Origin: Octopus sinensis
Taxonomy: Eukaryota
NCBI RefSeq assembly: GCF_006345805.1
Contig: NC_043018.1
Coordinates: 682,001 to 746,000 of the forward strand
DNA: 64,000 nucleotides
Direction: 5' to 3'
A model generated the notes under the pieces. It searched no databases. It was not told the origin of the DNA and worked only from the letters and a program-made list of their open reading frames with translations. The translations under genes were made by a program, and so were the position numbers. Shown one piece after another: positions 57,941-64,000 of this stretch (the first letter of the stretch is position 1; each line of letters starts with the position of its first letter).

Positions 57941-58047
57941 ATTTCTTACTGAAGAATCTGAGGGCCTATGGAAGATTGGCCTGATTTAATTTAATCAGGT
58001 TAGTTTACCATTAAACAGCAGATGAAACGGTGCATCGTATAAGAAAT
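57941..58047 (+). ncRNA. Type I hammerhead ribozyme 2
   Basis: Same fold; cut after 58039. Confidence 0.88.
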
Positions 58048-58432
58048 TACAGGGTAAATGTTTTTTAAATTTTCTCCTGTTTACGGAATTGATTTTTATT
58101 TGCGGTTGAAGCTTTGGCTGTTATTTCTAGTGGGTGAATGGCCTATTATGGCCGTTCCTTGATTGTTGATGTTGAACTTAAAAATGGTCTATGACTATTT
58201 AATTTTTTCCCACTAGGCCGCTGGTGGCAAAAAAAAAAATTCTACAAAATTTTTTTTGCCACCCTATATTGATTAATTATGAATTTTCTGGTTAATTCCG
58301 TAATGGAATCGACGGCTTATATTTGCTGCCGATAAATTTGGCGCGAGTGCGATGATATGAAAATTTTAGGTCAGATATTACCTTGGCAGGGTCGGAAATG
58401 CCTCGTGAAAATATCTGTTCCGACTTGCGGCT

Positions 58433-58539
58433 ATTTCTTACTGAAGAATCTGAGGGCCTATGGAAGATTGGCCTGATTTAATTTAATCAGGTTAGTTTAC
58501 CATTAAACAGCAGATGAAACGGTGCATCGTATAAGAAAT
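58433..58539 (+). ncRNA. Type I hammerhead ribozyme 3
   Basis: Same fold; cut after 58531. Confidence 0.88.
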
Positions 58540-58772
58540 TACAGGGTAAATTTTTTTTAAATTTTCTCCTGTTTACAGAATGATTTTATTTGCGGTTGAA
58601 GCTTTGGCTGTTATTTCTAGTGGGTGAATGGCCTATTATGGCCGTTCCTTGATTGTTGATGTTGAACTTAAAAATGGTCTATGACTATTTAATTTTTTCC
58701 CACTAGGCCGCTGGTGGCAAAAAAAAAAAAAAAATTCTACAAAATTTGTTTTGCCACCCTATATTGATTAAT

Positions 58773-58820
<48 letters not shown>

Positions 58821-59125
58821 TATATATATATATAATATATATATATTATATATAATGTATATATATATACATATAGCTATATATATATATGCATACATAT
58901 TGTAATAATAATAATAACAGTGAAGGTTTCCAGCCCGGCACGTCTGAAACCGCATGCATCAGGGCAGTGATCTGGCCTTGGACGGTCGTTATGTCATTAC
59001 AGATCACTTACACGGTGTGCGCAAAATCAGACGTACATGGAGAAAGGAACGTCATGAAAGAGCAAAGCTGGAAAGAAATCGCGGATTTGGCGGACGAACC
59101 TCAAAATTCTGGATGGAAAGTGACA

Positions 59126-59514
59126 TACTCTTTACTGTTTTACTTGTTTCAGTCATTTGACTGCGGCCATGCTGGAGCACCGCCTTTAGTCGAGCAACTC
59201 GACCCCGGGACTTATTCTTTTTGTAAGCCCGTCTATTCTATCCATCGGTCTCTTTTGCCGAACCGCTAAGTAACGGGGACATAAACACACCAGCATCGGT
59301 TGTCAAGCAATGCTAGGGGGACAAACACACACACATATATATATACATATATACTACAGGCTTCTTTCAGTTTCCGTCTACCAAATCCACTCACAAGGCT
59401 TTGGTCGGCCCGGGGCTATAGCAGAAGACACTTGCCCACGATGCCACGCAGTGGGACTCAACCCGGAACTATGTGGTTGGTTAGCAAGCTAATTACCACA
59501 CAGCCACTCCTGCG
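59126..59514 (-). mobile_element. SINE family A, full length
   Basis: Family consensus motifs. Confidence 0.88.
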
Positions 59515-59814
59515 ACATGTGCTAACTATTATAAAATAAACTAATGAACCAAGTGAGAGTGATTTGGAAGAAGGGTTACGTAACGGGAGTAGAAATATCT
59601 AGGATTAATGAGAGTCTAAGAGACTCTGCGGATGGGCTACAAGCGACGGTCAGAGTTGAAGGCAGAGAGGTAGGAGCTGGAAGCAAGGAGAGCAGTAGAC
59701 AATAGGAACAGGGGAATGACGCTGGTGCTGTTAAGGATGAGGAGCAGGAACGTTATAAAGTAAAACCTGATACTGTAGTGGGTGGGCATGCAAGGGAAAT
59801 GAACCAACTAGATA

Positions 59815-60030
59815 ATGCATTGCTTTGAAATACGAAGAAGCCTCACCGACTTGATGAATGCTCCAAAAGAAAAAATCCCCAAGAATATGAGAAGGGTAGA
59901 TAGGAACATAAATAACGTCACACAAAAGATAAGTACTGTCATACCATACGTCCTTAAAATGAGAATGCATGGACAGTTTGAAAGGAATACACAAGACGTT
60001 AAGAATAATACTGTATCCTGGGCATAGCAA
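59815..60030 (+). mobile_element. Degraded fragment of another R4-like LINE
   Basis: KMRMHGQFERNTQDVKNNTVSW resembles the K..HG.Y/F.R….W segment preceding GLK.ETE. Confidence 0.4.
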
Positions 60031-60053
60031 TTATTATTATTATTATTATTATA

Positions 60054-60797
60054 CTATGTTTGATTTTGCTTTATATCTGTACAAGTTGGCTCCAAGTCTC
60101 ACCCAGAGACATCAAGAGACAACAGGTTGGAAGTTCTGTGCCATATATTTGGGTGGGGGGGTCCTTTTTTTGGTGTTGTACTAGTGAATGTCTAATACAT
60201 AAAAAAAATTAAAATAAACAAATAAAAAAAATAAAATAAAAAATTTGTTTTAAACCTTGGGATTACATAGAGAGTATTTTGCGTAGGATATGAGCAGTTC
60301 CCATGAGCACTATCTTTTGAATTTCTGCCATTTTGGGGTTTCCTGGTATCTGAGTTAGGTAGCAATCAGTCCCTTTCGCTATCATTCCCTGGGCACCTAT
60401 GACAACAGGTATTGTTTTAGTCTTCAGCTTCCACATTTTGCTGATTTCTATTTCAAGATCTTTATATTTGCTCAGTTTTTGGTAGGTCTTGACAGATACG
60501 TTTATATCGATTGGGACAGTCATATCAATGAGGAGGCATGTTCTTTGTCTGAAGTCTTTCAATATAATGCCTGGCCTCTTTGCATCTATCTTCCTGTCAG
60601 TTTGAATGGGGAAGTTCCAGAGGAGTGAGATGTGGTCATTTTCAAGCACAGGAGGTGGATTGTGTTCCCACCAGTTTCTCTCATGGGGCAAATCCAGGTT
60701 TTTGCAAATTACCCAGTGAATATATTGTGCAGTTCTATCATGCCTACTGAGGTACTCTGTAGGCGCTAGAAGACTGCATTTGGAGACAACATGGTCA
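60054..60797 (-). mobile_element. Second 5'-truncated Dong/R4-like fragment in (TAA)n
   Basis: ORF 60263-60691 with WNFPIQTD, RPG(D)…IDMTVP…KLSKYKDL; highly similar to 53935-54915. Confidence 0.85.
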
Positions 60798-60809
60798 TAT
60801 TATTATTAC

Positions 60810-60866
<57 letters not shown>

Positions 60867-60895
60867 CATTATTATTATTATTATTTATCATCATT

Positions 60896-60930
<35 letters not shown>

Positions 60931-61155
60931 TACTGTTTTTATTTTTCTGTTATTTGCACTTTTGATGCATTCAATTGCCTGAAGACACTCAGCGTCCTAG
61001 GGAAGGCAAATGAAGGCTAAGAGATTTCTTTTTAATCAGTGAAAGTTTTGGGTGGCGAATTAGGGAGGGTATTATGTAAATACATCCCTCTAATACAACA
61101 CAGCGCAAACATTAAAATTGATAAGGCTTTTGTAAGGATGCGAGTCTATTTTTAT

Positions 61156-61191
<36 letters not shown>

Positions 61192-61193
61192 TA

Positions 61194-61237
<44 letters not shown>

Positions 61238-61273
61238 TTTTTATTATTATTATCTTTATTATTATTTATATTA

Positions 61274-61321
<48 letters not shown>

Positions 61322-61357
61322 TTTTTATTATTATTATCATTATTATTATTAACATTA

Positions 61358-61388
<31 letters not shown>

Positions 61389-62508
61389 CATTATCATCAT
61401 CCTCATCATCGTCATCATCATTGCCATCATCATTATTATACGAAATATAAAACAGTTTATTTTATTAACGGAAACACCTCATCCCAAGCACCTACAAAAA
61501 CTAGATTTTATTGATGATATCGAAGAATGGTTTTTGAAAATTTTGAAAAACAAAATTAATCAAGATCCATCTCCTTTTAACAAAAAATTGGATGTTAATT
61601 TAATTTTAAAATGAACATATAGAATTTACGAAAAGATCAAAGGGATGAACCTTACTAGTAAATAATACAAAATAAAATATTACGATGAGTGAAGACAATG
61701 CCTTGTAAGCTATAGAGAAATTGTGATCTATAGAAATTTAACAAAATGACAAAGGAGGAGTCAGCGATGTAATGAATGAGAACATAACAGCGAAATTACC
61801 TGGGAACAATTAGATGACCACCATTTTAACACAAGTTAGACTCCTACGCCAACAAACAAACAATGAGCAGTATTTGAAATCTACCAGAAATTCAAAAGAT
61901 ATTTCCCGGAAAAGCACTTGAATTATTTAAATTATTTTGAGGCAAAATCAATCAATTTTAATAGGTTACCGAAAATTCATATATCTAAAGAATCCTATAA
62001 ACGTGTAAAGTTTTGTATAGATCAGATGCTACTATTTCCAAAACAGCTCATTATAGTTAACGACGTAATTTTGCAGATTATAACGTAACCTTAGACCTGC
62101 GATTCCCTTCGATTCATATTGTAGCCATCATATAAATTTGAACACATTTTTGCTAATAGGCTACATATACTTTTTTAATCACTTTCCAGAAAGAGTAAGC
62201 CTAAAAGCTTTTTGGGAATGAGAAGCCTCTAAAGAAATATCACATATGAATTTGGCAAGGGACTAGTAGACATATATCCACATATAAATTGGGAGCAAAT
62301 CTCTAAGAATTCAAACTAATATTGTAACGGAGGGAGTTTATATTTGTCGCTTTTTGAAAAATTGTTGGGTAACTTCATGTAATACTGTGCCACTAGAGGA
62401 AGAAGGTCGACTCGGTGAAACGGATAAGCAACTAGATGAGGCAAAATGAAACGAAGCTCTACCCTATAGTTAGATGGCGTGAAAGATATGAAGTTATATA
62501 TATATATA

Positions 62509-62931
62509 TACTCTTTTACTCTTTTACTCTTTTACTTGTTTCAGTCATTTTGACTGCGGCCATGCTGTAGCACCGCCTTAGTCGACAAATCGATCTCGGG
62601 ACTTATTCTTTGTAAGCCTAGTACTTATTCTATCGGTCTCTTTTGCCGAACCGCTAAGTGACGGGGATGTAAACACACTAGCCATCGGTTGTCAAGCAAT
62701 GTTAGGGGGACAACATAGACACACAAACACACACGCATATATATATAATATATATATATATACATATATACGACAGGCTTCTTTCAGTTTCCATCCACCA
62801 ATCCACTCACAAGGCATTGGTGGCCCGGGGCTATAGCAGAAGACAACTAACACAGATGCCACGCAGTGGGACTGAACCCGGAATCATGTGGTTGGTTAGC
62901 AAGCTACTTACCACACAGCCACTCCTGCGCC
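62509..62931 (-). mobile_element. SINE family A, full length
   Basis: Family consensus motifs. Confidence 0.88.
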
Positions 62932-63451
62932 TATATATATATTATTATTATTATTATTATTATTATCATCATCATCATCATTATCATTATTGCTGTAAGG
63001 CCAGGCATATTTAGGCTTCTAAAAATACTCTTAGGAACTACTTTTGTACTAGTGGGGCTAATGCACACCAGAAGAGGTTGTAAAAGCATCGAAAACTCGA
63101 TCAGATTTCAACTGGATTTTCCTCATATGGCAGTATTCAGATATAGTATATTTTAGCTCATTGGACAGATATAACATAGGTTGTTCGTAATTAAAATTAG
63201 TCGGTTACACAGGCCACACAATATTGATATGCAGAGTCGATTTATATGGCACATTTAGACTGGGACACGGTTACTGGAATTTGAATACGTCCTTCCCTGC
63301 ACCGAAAGACTAGACGCATCGGATTAGTGAACTTGTTAGGCGGCAGTGGATCGTGCTAAAGCGGTCCATTAAGGTAGAATTAACAAAGTGTTAACAATAG
63401 AATGACATAGACTGGAGGGACAACTAATTAGCAAACTAAAAGCGGTTATTT

Positions 63452-63697
63452 GAGTTCAAATTCCGCCGAGGTCGAAGAATCGTTAGCACGTCGGGTGAAA
63501 TGCTTAGCGGTATTTCGGCTGCTGTTACGTTGTGAGTTCAAATTCCGCCGAGGTCGACTTTGCCTTTCATCCTTTCGGGTTCGATAAATTAAGTACCAGT
63601 TAAGCACTGGGGTCGATATAATCGACTCAATACCTATGTCTGTCCATGTTTGTCCCGGCTATGTTTAACCCCTTGTGGGTAATAAAGAAATAGGTTA
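63452..63697 (+). mobile_element. SINE family C with a short 5' duplicated B-box segment
   Basis: gagttcaaattccgccgaggtcga occurs at 63452 and again inside the SINE. Confidence 0.8.
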
Positions 63698-64000
63698 TTA
63701 ATAAAGGAATCACGAACGGCCTGCTTCTCGTGAGATTAGCACTCGGCCAATTCTTCTCAACGAAACCCTAGGGTTGTGGTGTCAGAGCTAGACCCCATGC
63801 GTCGAAACGCGTGGGAACTAAAGTTGTCTGATGGTAAAGACGTGACGAAAATCCACGATTAGGTTTTGACATTGGTTCCGAGCAGATCTGTAGGGCAACT
63901 CTTGAGCCACACGTTGTGCGGCTGTTTGGGGAGGGCAATGGATCGACGATGTTAGTAGACTTCGTTTCGTACATAGATGGCCTCTCATGGCTCTTGGCAG

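Larger units (their letters stand above)
56924..58773 (+). mobile_element. ~495-bp tandem HHR array with 5' inverted partial copy, (TA)n-flanked; retrozyme/Penelope pLTR-like
   Basis: gccaccc unit starts at 57762, 58258, 58753; inverted copy 56924-57335; one intact HHR per unit; no ORF within the unit. Confidence 0.88.

Noticed and set aside
56924-58773. CRISPR-like or simple satellite interpretation of the tandem arrays
   Set aside because: No short repeat with unique spacers and no cas genes; the ~500-bp units are near-identical and each contains an HHR
63200-63400. FPAPKD-like Gypsy RT word
   Set aside because: Single short motif without supporting context

Overview
AT-rich, microsatellite-dense eukaryotic intergenic or intronic DNA. 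The source is most likely an octopus/cephalopod, inferred from the tRNA-derived SINE families and the TA/TATC/TTA repeat load. No host protein-coding gene can be supported, and almost all ORF-track entries are microsatellite artefacts. Real coding remnants are all transposon-derived: a 5'-truncated CR1-group LINE ORF2 (23.1-25.4 kb, two frameshifts), two Dong/R4-like RLE-LINE 3' fragments in (TAA)n, and mariner fragments/MITEs. The most striking signal is a set of non-coding, (TA)n-flanked elements carrying type I hammerhead ribozyme (HHR) folds. These include a ~495-bp tandem array with four intact HHRs (56.9-58.8 kb), a 562-bp tandem/inverted element with an intact HHR (13.4-14.4 kb), a related 481-bp tandem with a decayed HHR (11.7-12.4 kb), and several shorter HHR-bearing elements. 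Two arrays have a 5' inverted partial copy, and the arrays end just past a shared hairpin. This resembles Penelope-like pLTR derivatives or non-LTR retrozymes that could yield ~490-510-nt self-cleaved and possibly circular RNAs. There is a 100-N gap at 47055-47154 and a 4.3-kb imperfect palindrome that may be an assembly artefact.
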